Source: a virus
Lineage: Duplodnaviria > Caudoviricetes
Length of the DNA stretch: 41,971 nucleotides
Reading direction: 5' to 3' (one strand)
Virus record (IMG/VR): IMGVR_UViG_3300022217_000127
Span: 1-41,971 of that record
The notes beneath the pieces were generated by a model. That model saw nothing but the letters and a program-made list of their open reading frames with translations. It was not told the origin of the DNA and did no database searches. A program made the translations under genes and the position numbers. Shown here piece by piece: positions 26,441 to 36,158 of this stretch (its first letter is position 1; the number at the start of each line of letters is the position of its first letter).

Positions 26441-26799
26441 TACTGCCCAACCTTGATCGCAATGTACTTCCTATGTCTCGGCCATATCTCTAGGGATTGT
26501 ATCTCAAACTCAATCCCATTGTAGGCAGATCCGCAAGGTATCACGTGATCGGCTCTCGTGCCTGGTGCGTCTCCAGTGAGTAGCTCACAGTCAGTGTAAA
26601 TGACTATCGATCCGTCTGTCCTCTGACCCTCTGGGAGTCTCTGCAGATCCTTAGGCGTTGCTGGCTGGATTGACCCTCGAGCCCTGAACAAACTCCCTGA
26701 GCCTACCTCAACAACTCTGCCTTTGACCCTATCGAGAGGGGCCTGACGTATCACGTCGAAATCAACAGCAAAATTCTCAAGGACTGATTCAATACTCAT
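26440..26799 (-). CDS. head-closure (stopper) protein
   Basis: 'SIQPA...DLQRLPEG.R....I.IYT' motif. Confidence 0.75.
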   Translation of the reverse strand: MSIESVLENFAVDFDVIRQAPLDRVKGRVVEVGSGSLFRARGSIQPATPKDLQRLPEGQRTDGSIVIYTDCELLTGDAPGTRADHVIPCGSAYNGIEFEIQSLEIWPRHRKYIAIKVGQ

Positions 26800-27305
26800 T
26801 TTCTGATTGCCCAGGTAATAGAGGCCTTGAGTTGCCCAGTGTCAATCAGAGGCTTGCTCGAGCCCTTGCGCCTGATTGTTGACGGCACCAGAGCAGGCGG
26901 TATGCCTTTGTTGATCGTCCTGATGATATCGGACTTGGCTTTCTCCCCCACAACGCCCAGCACCTGCCTAGGGTTCAACACTTTCTCGCTATAGAGAACC
27001 TTTGCAGCTCTTGCCATGAGAGCCAGCCAGCGCTTCTGTTTCTGATCAAAGGTTGACCGGATAAACGATCTAGCTGGTATGCCTCCAGACGTTGCACCAG
27101 ATCTGCCTAGGCTAACGCCTGCAGTTCCAAACTCGTGCACAACTCCAAGCTCAACGTTGCTGAGGTCTGTCTCATCATGCTCAACAGCTCCAGCCTCAGG
27201 CCCCTGAATGCCTACGGCGATCTTCATTCCGTTGACACTCACGGCATTGCTGAATATCTGCTTGAGGCCCCTGTCCTTGATAATGACTCTGCCCTGCTCA
27301 GCCAT
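26796..27305 (-). CDS. neck/tail completion protein
   Basis: 'VHEFG....IPARSFIR', 'P.L..STI.RKGSSKPLIDTGQL..SIT'. Confidence 0.8.
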   Translation of the reverse strand: MAEQGRVIIKDRGLKQIFSNAVSVNGMKIAVGIQGPEAGAVEHDETDLSNVELGVVHEFGTAGVSLGRSGATSGGIPARSFIRSTFDQKQKRWLALMARAAKVLYSEKVLNPRQVLGVVGEKAKSDIIRTINKGIPPALVPSTIRRKGSSKPLIDTGQLKASITWAIRK

Positions 27306-27652
27306 CAGATCACTCTAGACGGCCATGCGGTGCGCCTTAGCTCGAGAAACATACGGCCATAGGCAGTGGACCCATAGACAGAGTTCTTAAAGGCGTCAGA
27401 GACGGCATAAGAGACGGAGAGACTGCCTTCTGACTGAGAGGCAATAGGACCAGAGGCAAGCGCGTTACCCTTGCTGCGTGCTGCCAGGAAGTGACCGGCG
27501 AGATAGATCGCTGCTTCCTCTGCTCGGTTCTCTCCCCATTCTGGCGTATTGATACAACCCTCAGCTTGAGTGATTGCAGACTGGATCAGATCGTTGTCAG
27601 TGTCGCAGAACTCAGGCAAGCGATCACGTATCGTCTGGACTGTAATCGCCAT
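27305..27652 (-). CDS. head-tail adaptor (DUF4054-like)
   Basis: 'PEF', 'Y.AGH.L', 'S.S.G.LSVSY', 'T.YG..F..L'. Confidence 0.8.
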   Translation of the reverse strand: MAITVQTIRDRLPEFCDTDNDLIQSAITQAEGCINTPEWGENRAEEAAIYLAGHFLAARSKGNALASGPIASQSEGSLSVSYAVSDAFKNSVYGSTAYGRMFLELRRTAWPSRVI

Positions 27653-27660
27653 GTTCTGAC

Positions 27661-28068
27661 CTATGCGTCTATGTCGATCCCTAAGACCTCAAGACGCTTT
27701 AACGCTGCGTTGCATACCGTTGATCGTTCGTCATTCTCGGCAAGGTTCTTGAGCAGCTCAACATCATTGCAAGTCTTGAGAGCTGCAGCCAGCTCAACTG
27801 CCTTAGTTGGCAATGGCTCCTCAGGCTCGTCTATCGTGATCTCTGGATCCTCTGGCTCCTGAGTTGCCTCAGGCACTGTATCAGACCCATTGAGAACAGA
27901 GAGAACAGGATCAGGTCCGTCAAAATAAGCTCGAATGACTGCGCGAGACATATCGAGCCCATCAAGCAGGTCCTGACCATACTCGTGATCCCCAGACTTG
28001 AACTCAACTAGAATCTTGCCAGACTGCAAGTTGACGTTAGCGCCTTTGCGATTCCTAACGATCGGCAT
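27661..28068 (-). CDS. hypothetical head-associated protein
   Basis: after capsid; C-terminal 'L......E.R.TV..A...RL' helical module. Confidence 0.6.
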   Translation of the reverse strand: MPIVRNRKGANVNLQSGKILVEFKSGDHEYGQDLLDGLDMSRAVIRAYFDGPDPVLSVLNGSDTVPEATQEPEDPEITIDEPEEPLPTKAVELAAALKTCNDVELLKNLAENDERSTVCNAALKRLEVLGIDIDA

Positions 28069-28103
28069 TGGACTACCTTCCCTTTTTTGGTGCCCAGTGG
28101 TTT

Positions 28104-29030
28104 CTAGAGTCCGTCAACGTAATCCAGAGCAGCAGGATATGTCACGGCAGTCCCTGCGGTCTGAGCAAAGGCGTTGATTACAAACTCAAAGCCCTGCTCT
28201 TGCACCGGAAGCTGAGTGAACTCCTGAGTGATGTCCTGGAATACAACATCAGGATCGCGCTGATAGGTGAGCATGCGGGTAACACCAGCAGCGCCTGCCG
28301 TAGTCATCCGATACCAGGGCTCAATGGCCGTGATAAACGGGAATGATCGCAGGATAAACTCGAGGATCGTTGTGTCGCTTACGGTCGATCGCGGAGTTGT
28401 CGCAATGTACGAGTGTGCAGCGTCAGGCAAAACGATCGTGTTCGCCTTGAAGATCCCATTGCTTGCAGTGACGATACGCCCAACAGCTAGCGAGACATCA
28501 GCAATGATCTGGTCTGCAGTGAGGCCCGTCCAGGCGCCAGTTGCCGCAGTGACAGCTACGTTTGCGTCATTCGTCAGACCCGTTGCAATGCCGTAGGCAG
28601 GAGCGCCGATCGCCGCTGTCTCGTCAAGGCCTTCCTCAATCGCGCGACGCGCGGCAGAGGCTCGCATCCCGTTGAGGTTGCGACGAGCCATAGCAGCAGA
28701 CTGGACTTCGAAGATCGTCCAACCATAGGCGTCTGCCCAGGCACGTACGGGCCGATTGAATTCTTTCCCGAGCACATCAACGCGCGGCACATCCTTAGCG
28801 TTTGGGCTCACGATCTTTGCGCGGCCTACCCGATCCATCTGGTGGTAGGTGACAGACGTAGCTCCAGCACCTGCAGATCCGTCAACAGGCACAAAGTCAC
28901 GTGCGCGCAGGTTGGGGTATCGGATGTCAAAGGTTTTCGCCTTGAGTGCTTCCAACTCCCGAGCAAAAAAGGCTGCTTCGTTAGCGTCGAAGCGCTGAAC
29001 GAGTGCTAGGTGATCGATTCTTTCGGGCAT
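28104..29030 (-). CDS. major capsid protein (DUF2184 / HK97 fold)
   Basis: 'F.ARELE', 'AR.F.PV', 'G.AK....A.D.PRVD', 'P.A..Y.DG' C-terminus; synteny. Confidence 0.9.
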   Translation of the reverse strand: MPERIDHLALVQRFDANEAAFFARELEALKAKTFDIRYPNLRARDFVPVDGSAGAGATSVTYHQMDRVGRAKIVSPNAKDVPRVDVLGKEFNRPVRAWADAYGWTIFEVQSAAMARRNLNGMRASAARRAIEEGLDETAAIGAPAYGIATGLTNDANVAVTAATGAWTGLTADQIIADVSLAVGRIVTASNGIFKANTIVLPDAAHSYIATTPRSTVSDTTILEFILRSFPFITAIEPWYRMTTAGAAGVTRMLTYQRDPDVVFQDITQEFTQLPVQEQGFEFVINAFAQTAGTAVTYPAALDYVDGL

Positions 29031-29074
29031 GATTCTAGCTCCTGTGTGTGTTTTGTCGCCTAGTCCTCGTTTGA

Positions 29075-29569
29075 CTATGGAGTGTTGAGTTCAACCAGAG
29101 CGAGCCCAGCGCCTGCTGTGGTACTACGGAATACTGCGCCCAGGACTTCCTGCGCGTCTCCTCCGTCAATGTCCGTCCTGAACTTGCCAATGTCTGCAGT
29201 GGTGTGACGCACAAACACCGCGCCTCCTGCCGTCACTGCCTCATCAACCTCAACCCAGACACGACCCTTTGTGACGATATCGCCAACCTCATTCTCCTGG
29301 ATGCCCGTAGTCCCCAGAGTCCCTCCGGGTCCAAACTGAGCACGCACCTGGGTCTGGTGTCGGTGCGCAAGGATCCCGGCGAAAACACCTGCGCCAGAGA
29401 AGGCAGCAAACTGCACTGCAGGATCGGTTCCCTCGGCATAGCCTAGCCCGAATGGAGCAACAGCGGCGTCCTCGTTTGTCATGCTGCGGATGTAGGCGTC
29501 CTTGTTCGGGTCACCTAGCAAGCCAGCAAACGCTAGAGGGGCCTGGGTGTTGTACGTGGTCTGCGTCAT
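29075..29569 (-). CDS. capsid decoration (cement) protein
   Basis: 'QT.Y......A.AG', 'PFG', 'KGRVWV....V.AG..VFVR'; before capsid. Confidence 0.8.
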   Translation of the reverse strand: MTQTTYNTQAPLAFAGLLGDPNKDAYIRSMTNEDAAVAPFGLGYAEGTDPAVQFAAFSGAGVFAGILAHRHQTQVRAQFGPGGTLGTTGIQENEVGDIVTKGRVWVEVDEAVTAGGAVFVRHTTADIGKFRTDIDGGDAQEVLGAVFRSTTAGAGLALVELNTP

Positions 29570-29602
29570 TTTCTCAGCTCCTGTGAGTGTTCAATGGCTT
29601 GT

Positions 29603-30820
29603 CTAGTTGGCTTGCTTGCCAATTGGTCTGAGTCCGCGTTCTTTGTTCTCTTTGATCATCCTGAGACGAGCGCCCTCTGCGTCTGTGCGATTCTCAGGAT
29701 CGTCATTCGTGTCATTCGTCAGGCGTCGCAGGTTCTCGAGGCCTTTGTTGCCTGGTTTCTCAGGCTCAAAGCTCTCGATTGCTTGATCGTATCGAGCACG
29801 CAAATAGATCTCCTTTGCGTCACCCTCGAGCGAGTCAATGCGCTCCTGAGCTTTAGGAGAAGTCTTGAGAACAACAGCACTCATGATCTCAAGGTCGGAC
29901 ATCTCATCAAACTTGATATCCTTGCCGTCCTTGTCCTTGTCTCCAAGGATCTTGACAGCATCCTGAACCAGGGCAACGCGAGCACTAACAGCCTTGCTGA
30001 TAGCGTCTGGGCTGGCTGCGTCATCGCGTGCTTTGTTGGCAGCATCACGATCTTCCTCGGCCTTGTCTGCTCGGGCCTTCTCCGTAGCAACAGCCTTCTC
30101 ACCCTCAGCAGACTTGCTGATCAGCTCGTCATTGTGCGCAATGATCTTCACAACAGCTTGCGCCGCAGGTCCGTCCTCAATCTCATACTCAATGCCGTCG
30201 ATCTTGAACTTCATGGTTTTTACCTCCGGTAAAAGCGTAAGCTGTTCTGGCTTGATAGTTGTCTCGTCAACCATAACTCGATCGTCTGCGTCAAGTCTAA
30301 GACTAGCATCAGACCCTGCGCGGCCTCTCGATACTATGGCCAAATGATTCCCGCGTATATTCCTCTGGATCGCATCATAGCGCAAGCCATCAGGGATCCC
30401 ATCTATTCCTGAGGTAACGCCTGGCTCGATTTCTAGATCGCAGTTGTATCCACAAGAGAGTTCTTTTTTTCCTGCCTGTGCTGCCTTGATTGCGTCATGT
30501 GCAGTGATTGTAACTCTGCTGGCTAGGAATTCCTCATCCTGCTTCACATTGCGGATATGACCGCAGGAGTATTTCTGAGTGTTCTTGCTGTTGAGAGGCT
30601 CTCTCGGATGATCGTTAGTGAGTGAGCAGTCCTCAAACGATTGCATTGAGTCTGGGTTGAACACCTCTGAGGGTAGCCTCAACTCATTCCTGAGTGAGCC
30701 GTCCTTGTTCAGGTACGCAAACACACCTACCCGCGTCATCCTAGCGTCACATCTCAGATAACCGTTAGGGAGGATCTCTGTGTTCCCGAGTGCAGAGGAG
30801 TCATAGCGCCTGACTGTCAT
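29603..30820 (-). CDS. prohead protease-scaffold fusion (DUF2213-like)
   Basis: 'GYL...A...RVGV..Y', 'T.DHP', 'ELSCGY', 'YDAIQRNI.GNHLAIV..GRAG'; coiled-coil C-terminus. Confidence 0.9.
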   Translation of the reverse strand: MTVRRYDSSALGNTEILPNGYLRCDARMTRVGVFAYLNKDGSLRNELRLPSEVFNPDSMQSFEDCSLTNDHPREPLNSKNTQKYSCGHIRNVKQDEEFLASRVTITAHDAIKAAQAGKKELSCGYNCDLEIEPGVTSGIDGIPDGLRYDAIQRNIRGNHLAIVSRGRAGSDASLRLDADDRVMVDETTIKPEQLTLLPEVKTMKFKIDGIEYEIEDGPAAQAVVKIIAHNDELISKSAEGEKAVATEKARADKAEEDRDAANKARDDAASPDAISKAVSARVALVQDAVKILGDKDKDGKDIKFDEMSDLEIMSAVVLKTSPKAQERIDSLEGDAKEIYLRARYDQAIESFEPEKPGNKGLENLRRLTNDTNDDPENRTDAEGARLRMIKENKERGLRPIGKQAN

Positions 30821-30848
30821 GTCAACACCTATTACCCATTATGTTGTG

Positions 30849-30877
30849 ATTGTGTCCAGAAAAGGATCTGGCGTCAA
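30849..30877 (-). promoter_or_regulatory. possible sigma70-like promoter before head operon
   Basis: TTGACG-N17-CACAAT in intergenic gap. Confidence 0.35.
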
Positions 30878-30884
30878 GGTATGT

Positions 30885-31781
30885 CTACTCAGGTCCGAGC
30901 AATGCGTCAATGTCAGGCTCAGCTGTGCACCTGCAATTAAAGTCTCCGCCTGGGTGCGCTGTGCGTCCTGTCCTACTATCAACTATCGGTGGATCATCCC
31001 AGGATTGCTTAGAACCCTCTAGCTCTGCGTGATCGGGCCTAACTCTCTCGTCTAGAGACGTACGCCAGATATAGGACGGAATGCCAGCAGCTGTTTGCCT
31101 GTTGCGCGTAAGGTCTCCGTTGAGCTTGAGAACCTGATCTCGAGCTATAAACGCAGCTTTTCTCTCGGATACTTTGAAGCGCTGAGCCAACTCAGGAGCA
31201 ACGCTAGAGGCTCTCTGTCCTGTTCTGAATGCACGCAGGACAGTCCCCTCAACCTCCTCGAGGTATTTCGACTCAACCGATTTGATAAGGCCCACACTCT
31301 CGTTGATTGACGCCTGCACTGTTGCACCGAGAGCCGGATCTGCAGCCAGGACATCAACGCCTAGAACAGATCTGAGTTGTCTCGCGATCCTCTCGCTGTT
31401 GACGGCAGACACTTGCTGAGTAGCAGCCTGAGCAGCTGTCTGGATCTCTCGATCAGATACCCCAGCATTGATTGACTCCATAATCCTGCGCAGTGTCTCG
31501 GGCCAACTCTCAACGTCAGACCTGCGCGCCTCATCCTCAACTAGAGCGTCTCTCTCAAGCTCAGACAACCTAGGGAGCAGAAGTGTATTGACCAGATCAC
31601 GCAGCCTCCTGAGGGACTTGAGGATGCTGCTCCTGAACTCTCGCTCTTGCGTGATCGGTGTCCTCTGCTTAGGAGGGCGCCTGAGCCTGAGCCTACCCTT
31701 GCGCCCCTTAGCCTTGCGCTCATTCTCCTTGGTAGCAAGGATCTGAGGCACAGGCTTTGAGTTGAGGATCAGCGAGGACAC
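30885..31781 (-). CDS. minor head morphogenesis protein (Mu gpF / SPP1 gp7-like)
   Basis: 'IARDQ..K.N', 'YIWRT..DERVR..H..L.G', 'HPG...NCRC'. Confidence 0.9.
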   Translation of the reverse strand: MSSLILNSKPVPQILATKENERKAKGRKGRLRLRRPPKQRTPITQEREFRSSILKSLRRLRDLVNTLLLPRLSELERDALVEDEARRSDVESWPETLRRIMESINAGVSDREIQTAAQAATQQVSAVNSERIARQLRSVLGVDVLAADPALGATVQASINESVGLIKSVESKYLEEVEGTVLRAFRTGQRASSVAPELAQRFKVSERKAAFIARDQVLKLNGDLTRNRQTAAGIPSYIWRTSLDERVRPDHAELEGSKQSWDDPPIVDSRTGRTAHPGGDFNCRCTAEPDIDALLGPE

Positions 31782-31783
31782 AG

Positions 31784-33364
31784 CTAGGTCTCATCCTGCT
31801 CTGGCTCGTTGCTGTTGGGTTGTGGCGGAGGCTGGGGAGGTTGAGCAGCTGCAGGCGCCTGGACTTCTGCAGGTTGGCCTACAGGGGAGGGAAAGACACC
31901 TGCAGCTGCAGGGTCAATAACTTGCATGATCTCCGGCTCAACGTCATCAGCTAATTTATCCTCATTCCTCTTTTCGATATCTAGCACGATCTCGGACGAA
32001 TATTTGTCTCCGCCAAAGTGTGAGAACGCAACCTCCTCCTCAGACACAACACTTTCTGTCAGGTAGATCTGATCGGTCTGCGCGTTCTTGAGTCTGAGGT
32101 CTGCCTGCTCAAGCTCTGTCAACTGAAATAGAGGATTGAAGCTAAAAGACCAGTCATCAGGCTCTGACCCTTTTGTCGGGCCTGACTTGTCCAACATCAC
32201 CAGCTTGATCAGTCTCTCGAGCTTAGGCCTGAGTGTGCTCTCCTGCTGAGCTGATATCTGATCGTAAAAGAATCTGATATCGCTGGCGCCTGTTGCCTGC
32301 ATTCCTGCAGGGGACTGACCAAATAGAAGCGTTGCCGGCATACGGAAAGCAGCAGACATCCGCAGAGCAAATCGATCCATAAGCTCAGGCATCCCAGAGA
32401 CTGGCGTTGCTTTCCGGTCAAAATCCTCATCCTCTGCGTCTAGAGGGACTGCACGCATGCTGGCTCGGCACTGATCGATCAGCGTCATCCTGCGCAGGAC
32501 TAGATCGTCCTTGTCCGAGAGGATAGCGTCTCTCAGTCCTCGCATCTTAAAGACTGCTTGAGAGAAGTCCTGCAACAGATTGGCGATACCGTGCCAGGCA
32601 ATGTCAAAGTCTCGAATCAGATCCTGCGTGCGTGCATAGATCGAGTCTGCCCAGCCTCCATTTTCTCTCATCCTGCGTCTATTGGTGAGTGCTCCGTCAA
32701 ACCTAATAAACCGCGTCTCGTGTATCAGGTCTGTCCCTGGTGCAATCTCTCCGTCTGTTGCTGTTGGGACTATCCGGTACAGCTCAGGCTGGCCGAACTT
32801 GTCCTCACGCGGATCCTGATAGCGCTTGTGGATGTTCAGGTCCCAGCGATCAAACACAGTTATGTGATCGAATGACTGGATCCTGCTATCGTCCAAGGGC
32901 TCAGCTAACGCCTCTGGGTTGTCTCCTCCTTCGTCATCCACGCCAAGAAACAGCATTGAGCCACCAAACACCCTAGCCCAGACGATCGACTCAAACACCT
33001 TAGCCTGTGCCTCAAGCTCCTCGAGCCTGTTGAGGATCTTATTACCCAGAGAGACTTTCTCCTCTGTGCTAGCTTCCTCTGTCTCTGTCCTGCTCGAGTC
33101 ATCGTCGATAGTTGTCTGATCGTTTGCCTTGACTGTGATCCAGGCTCTAACCATTTCTCTAGCTGGCAGCTCTGCAGCAGTTGCTGCTAGGTCGCTTGAG
33201 TAATAGAGATCTTCGTTCTCTTTGTAGGTGACGTTAGGAGCAGCCCGGATAACTCTCCCGCCTGTGCGCTTGTCTCTGGACGTACCGAGAGCCGTCGTTA
33301 TGTTCTCCCAGGCGTCTGTTTTGACCTCGATCAGAGGTGTCTGGTTCTCGTTTGCATTGGCCAT
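31784..33364 (-). CDS. portal protein (DUF1073-like)
   Basis: 'W.R.FGG', 'FG.PE.Y', 'IHETR..RF.G', 'P.T.LFG.SPAG..ATG.SD...FYD'; follows TerL. Confidence 0.9.
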   Translation of the reverse strand: MANANENQTPLIEVKTDAWENITTALGTSRDKRTGGRVIRAAPNVTYKENEDLYYSSDLAATAAELPAREMVRAWITVKANDQTTIDDDSSRTETEEASTEEKVSLGNKILNRLEELEAQAKVFESIVWARVFGGSMLFLGVDDEGGDNPEALAEPLDDSRIQSFDHITVFDRWDLNIHKRYQDPREDKFGQPELYRIVPTATDGEIAPGTDLIHETRFIRFDGALTNRRRMRENGGWADSIYARTQDLIRDFDIAWHGIANLLQDFSQAVFKMRGLRDAILSDKDDLVLRRMTLIDQCRASMRAVPLDAEDEDFDRKATPVSGMPELMDRFALRMSAAFRMPATLLFGQSPAGMQATGASDIRFFYDQISAQQESTLRPKLERLIKLVMLDKSGPTKGSEPDDWSFSFNPLFQLTELEQADLRLKNAQTDQIYLTESVVSEEEVAFSHFGGDKYSSEIVLDIEKRNEDKLADDVEPEIMQVIDPAAAGVFPSPVGQPAEVQAPAAAQPPQPPPQPNSNEPEQDET

Positions 33365-33371
33365 GATTGCC

Positions 33372-34766
33372 TCACATCCTTGTCAGAGCTTCCAACGCAG
33401 CTAGTCCCGATAGACTCTTGCTGATCGTCATATGTGCAGCGCTTGATGCGTCAACCTGATCGTCTTTTACGTTATCAGAATCTGACGGGAAAGCCTCATG
33501 CTCGTTGAGGTATGCATCATTCCAGGGGCCTCTGACCAGCTTGACGTTACCCGCAAGCCATTGAGAGCTGAATGGCTTTGCAAACGTGACTTTGTTCTTT
33601 GTGGCTCTGTGTGTTTCCACAACATAACCCATGAGCAAGCGAGTGAAGTGAGCAACGTCAAACTTGCCAGCCTGTGCAGGGTCCTGCCAGAGAGCAACCT
33701 TGCATTTTTTCCCGTCCTGCTTTGTTGTGCTGAGTATCAACTTCTCAACCTCTAACGGATCCTCACGCACCCTGCGCACATCCAGAATGAATATCTGCCC
33801 ATTAGGAGCCCTGCCCATTTTCACGCCTGCAGTATAGTCAGGGTTCAGATTCTCAGGAGAGGGTTTGCTTGCTGCCTTATCCCAGCCTCGAGCTACCTCA
33901 ACCAGATTATCAGGCGCCTCATCAACTATCTCAACTCTGTCACGCTTAAAGAAATCACCAGAGGCTGCTCTAACGTTCCAGTTGCCGCCAAGTAACATCA
34001 TGCGATCAATCTCGTGCATGGCTAACAGGTTTGCCCTGTAGCCTGGATCAGCATTGTTCAGGATCACATTATCGTCAAGCTTAGCTGGAATGAATGTCAG
34101 AGACTTGGGAGCCAAGTCCTTCCTCGGCACATAGGAGAACTGGCTATATAGCTCCTCCCTCGTGTCTGCCCAGGTCAACTCGTCATTGATTCTGACCAGC
34201 CATCTCAACACACCTGAGCGCTCTGGGATCGGATACCCTTCCTTGTCGATCCACCAGTCAATGAGCTTTCTGATATGGGAATCGGGATCAGGGTTAGTTG
34301 CTGCTCTCACGTATGGGGACACTCCGCACATCGATCTGTTACGTGATAGCAGATACCAGAATTGACCCTCAGTGATATCCGTCACCTCATCAAATCCAAT
34401 GTATGCATACTGCTTGCTCTTGTGGCTGAACTTATCCACCTCGTGCTGGAGGTGAGAGAACTCTATCGTGGCGCCTGACGGGAATCTCCAGTCAAGTTGC
34501 GATCCCTCTCTAGGTAGCCCATTCATGTGAGGATAGAGTTTCTGCGATTCCTCCCAGACAGACCCGCCTCCTTTGAGTTGCTTTGTAGTGCGTCTGAATA
34601 GCGCTGCCGTGAATCCCTCGAGCGATACCCACCTCAGAGGGTCATAGACTAAGCTCCAGCTCTTACCAGGGCCTGCAGCTCCTCCGAATATCGCAATGTC
34701 TGCAGGCGTTGCTGCAAAGATAGTCTGAGGCCCAGGTTGCGGCCTGAACTCTACTAGCTCAGACAT
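33372..34766 (-). CDS. terL: terminase large subunit
   Basis: 'PQPGPQ', Walker A GGAAGPGKS, Walker B IGFDE, 'ATNP', RNase H 'R.WD.A', 'DDQVDA'. Confidence 0.95.
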   Translation of the reverse strand: MSELVEFRPQPGPQTIFAATPADIAIFGGAAGPGKSWSLVYDPLRWVSLEGFTAALFRRTTKQLKGGGSVWEESQKLYPHMNGLPREGSQLDWRFPSGATIEFSHLQHEVDKFSHKSKQYAYIGFDEVTDITEGQFWYLLSRNRSMCGVSPYVRAATNPDPDSHIRKLIDWWIDKEGYPIPERSGVLRWLVRINDELTWADTREELYSQFSYVPRKDLAPKSLTFIPAKLDDNVILNNADPGYRANLLAMHEIDRMMLLGGNWNVRAASGDFFKRDRVEIVDEAPDNLVEVARGWDKAASKPSPENLNPDYTAGVKMGRAPNGQIFILDVRRVREDPLEVEKLILSTTKQDGKKCKVALWQDPAQAGKFDVAHFTRLLMGYVVETHRATKNKVTFAKPFSSQWLAGNVKLVRGPWNDAYLNEHEAFPSDSDNVKDDQVDASSAAHMTISKSLSGLAALEALTRM

Positions 34767-34965
34767 CAGTGTCAGGTGTGAGAGGGTTCCTGTTTACCTT
34801 GCACCCATACTGCTGCTCTAGCTGTTCGATCTCTTGCTCGCTCATATCTTGGACTGTTTTGACGCGCCCTGGCTTAGGGTTGGGATCATGCATCGCTGCG
34901 TCTATGTGCTCGGGGCCTGTTGACCAGTATTTAGAATAGACGTTATCGGATTGAAACCCTGGCAT
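34759..34965 (-). CDS. hypothetical protein
   Basis: coupled ORF between terS and terL. Confidence 0.55.
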   Translation of the reverse strand: MPGFQSDNVYSKYWSTGPEHIDAAMHDPNPKPGRVKTVQDMSEQEIEQLEQQYGCKVNRNPLTPDTDV

Positions 34966-35366
34966 CAGGTCTGCTCTGGGTTCTCTTTTGCTTCCTCGCT
35001 GCGTCTCGTCTCTGGCTTTGCTTTCCTCACCTCAATCATCGCGTCTGCCTCGATATACCTCAGCCTCGCTCTAGCTATGATAATATCTCCGATAGTTGGC
35101 GCCTGTTTCTTGTTGACTAGGTGTATCGCGTTTGTGGCGTTAAACTCTGCCATCGCAAGGTTCAAAGCTTCCTCGTCAGATGGAGTAACAGCACAAGCAA
35201 AGTGATCGCGCAGAGGTATAGGAGAAATCTGATAGGGTCCTGCTCCATTGTTTGCACCTGCCAGACCTGCTGCACAGTTACACTTGCTGAGATCAGGCCA
35301 GTCCCAATAGTTGCAGTCCTCAAAATGTCCTAAGCTATTCCTTGCTTCCTTTGTCTGATCCGTCAT
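34965..35366 (-). CDS. hypothetical protein
   Basis: 'LRDHFA ... Y..ADAM...R' motif common in small phage proteins; H-x3-C...CxC N-terminus. Confidence 0.6.
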   Translation of the reverse strand: MTDQTKEARNSLGHFEDCNYWDWPDLSKCNCAAGLAGANNGAGPYQISPIPLRDHFACAVTPSDEEALNLAMAEFNATNAIHLVNKKQAPTIGDIIIARARLRYIEADAMIEVRKAKPETRRSEEAKENPEQT

Positions 35367-35823
35367 CGCCAGTCCCTTCAGGCCCGCGCTTGTTGTCTGG
35401 GAAGTACATCACAACCTTAGCTGTGCCCTGGTGATTCACATTAACGTTGAGTTTCTCATCAAGCATCCCGATCGATTTAGCTAGTATCTGCATGGATCGA
35501 TTAGCTGCTTGAGTGTCGCCTGCCTCAAATGCTTTCTGTGCAATATCCTTGAGTCTCGTGACAACCCATCCTCGAGATACGTGCGCTCTCTCGGCAATAT
35601 CATCAAGCCCTGCCTTGATCGCTGTGTGTATTTTTACATTCCTTAACAGCCGAGAGGCTTGCTGTGCTGCAGTAGCCTCAGAGTATCCCGCGCGGATTGC
35701 CGCACGAGTGCCACACAGATCGACCATATACTCCTGCACAAATAGACGCTGTTGGTCAGTGGCAATCTGCAGCAGGGCTAACTCATACGCGCTGCCTACA
35801 CTGTCGTGATCATTGTCAGTCAT
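35335..35823 (-). CDS. terS: terminase small subunit
   Basis: 'Q..FV.EY..D...T.AAIRAGYS..TA...ASRLL.NVKI' Terminase_2 HTH. Confidence 0.92.
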   Translation of the reverse strand: MTDNDHDSVGSAYELALLQIATDQQRLFVQEYMVDLCGTRAAIRAGYSEATAAQQASRLLRNVKIHTAIKAGLDDIAERAHVSRGWVVTRLKDIAQKAFEAGDTQAANRSMQILAKSIGMLDEKLNVNVNHQGTAKVVMYFPDNKRGPEGTGDDGSDKGSKE

Positions 35824-35873
35824 CCCGTTAAGGTCCCTTTAGCTAACAGTGTCGCACAATGGTTGATGTTATG

Positions 35874-36146
35874 CTACTTACTGACCAGTGAAACACAGCT
35901 ACATGCTAGCTGCCGAGACTTTCCACCCTGCGCGTATTGAGTATCTATTGCGCCTTTGCCGTGACAGTTCCTGCACTCCTTGTCTGCAGATTTGAGATCA
36001 TGGCTTTTAGATAGCATCCTCAAACCCCTGCCTCCGTTGCCTGATCTCGCTGGGGGAGTTTGCGCAGGCCCAGGTGTCTTTCCTTTTGAGTTGAGCCCAT
36101 TCCTTTTGGCGTTCTTTAACTCAATCTTTCGTATGGCTGATGTCAT
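35874..36146 (-). CDS. basic Zn-finger protein
   Basis: CRNCHGKG ... CSC, DnaJ-like motif. Confidence 0.55.
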   Translation of the reverse strand: MTSAIRKIELKNAKRNGLNSKGKTPGPAQTPPARSGNGGRGLRMLSKSHDLKSADKECRNCHGKGAIDTQYAQGGKSRQLACSCVSLVSK

Positions 36147-36158
36147 GTCTGGATCTCC

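Noticed and set aside
28104-29030. Encapsulin/linocin nanocompartment interpretation of the capsid gene
   Set aside because: Embedded in a complete terminase-portal-protease-neck-tail operon, so it is a phage capsid
31784-33364. Anti-CBASS Acb1 label sometimes attached to DUF1073 proteins
   Set aside because: Position, size and motifs are those of a portal; no HxT/HxS phosphoesterase domain seen
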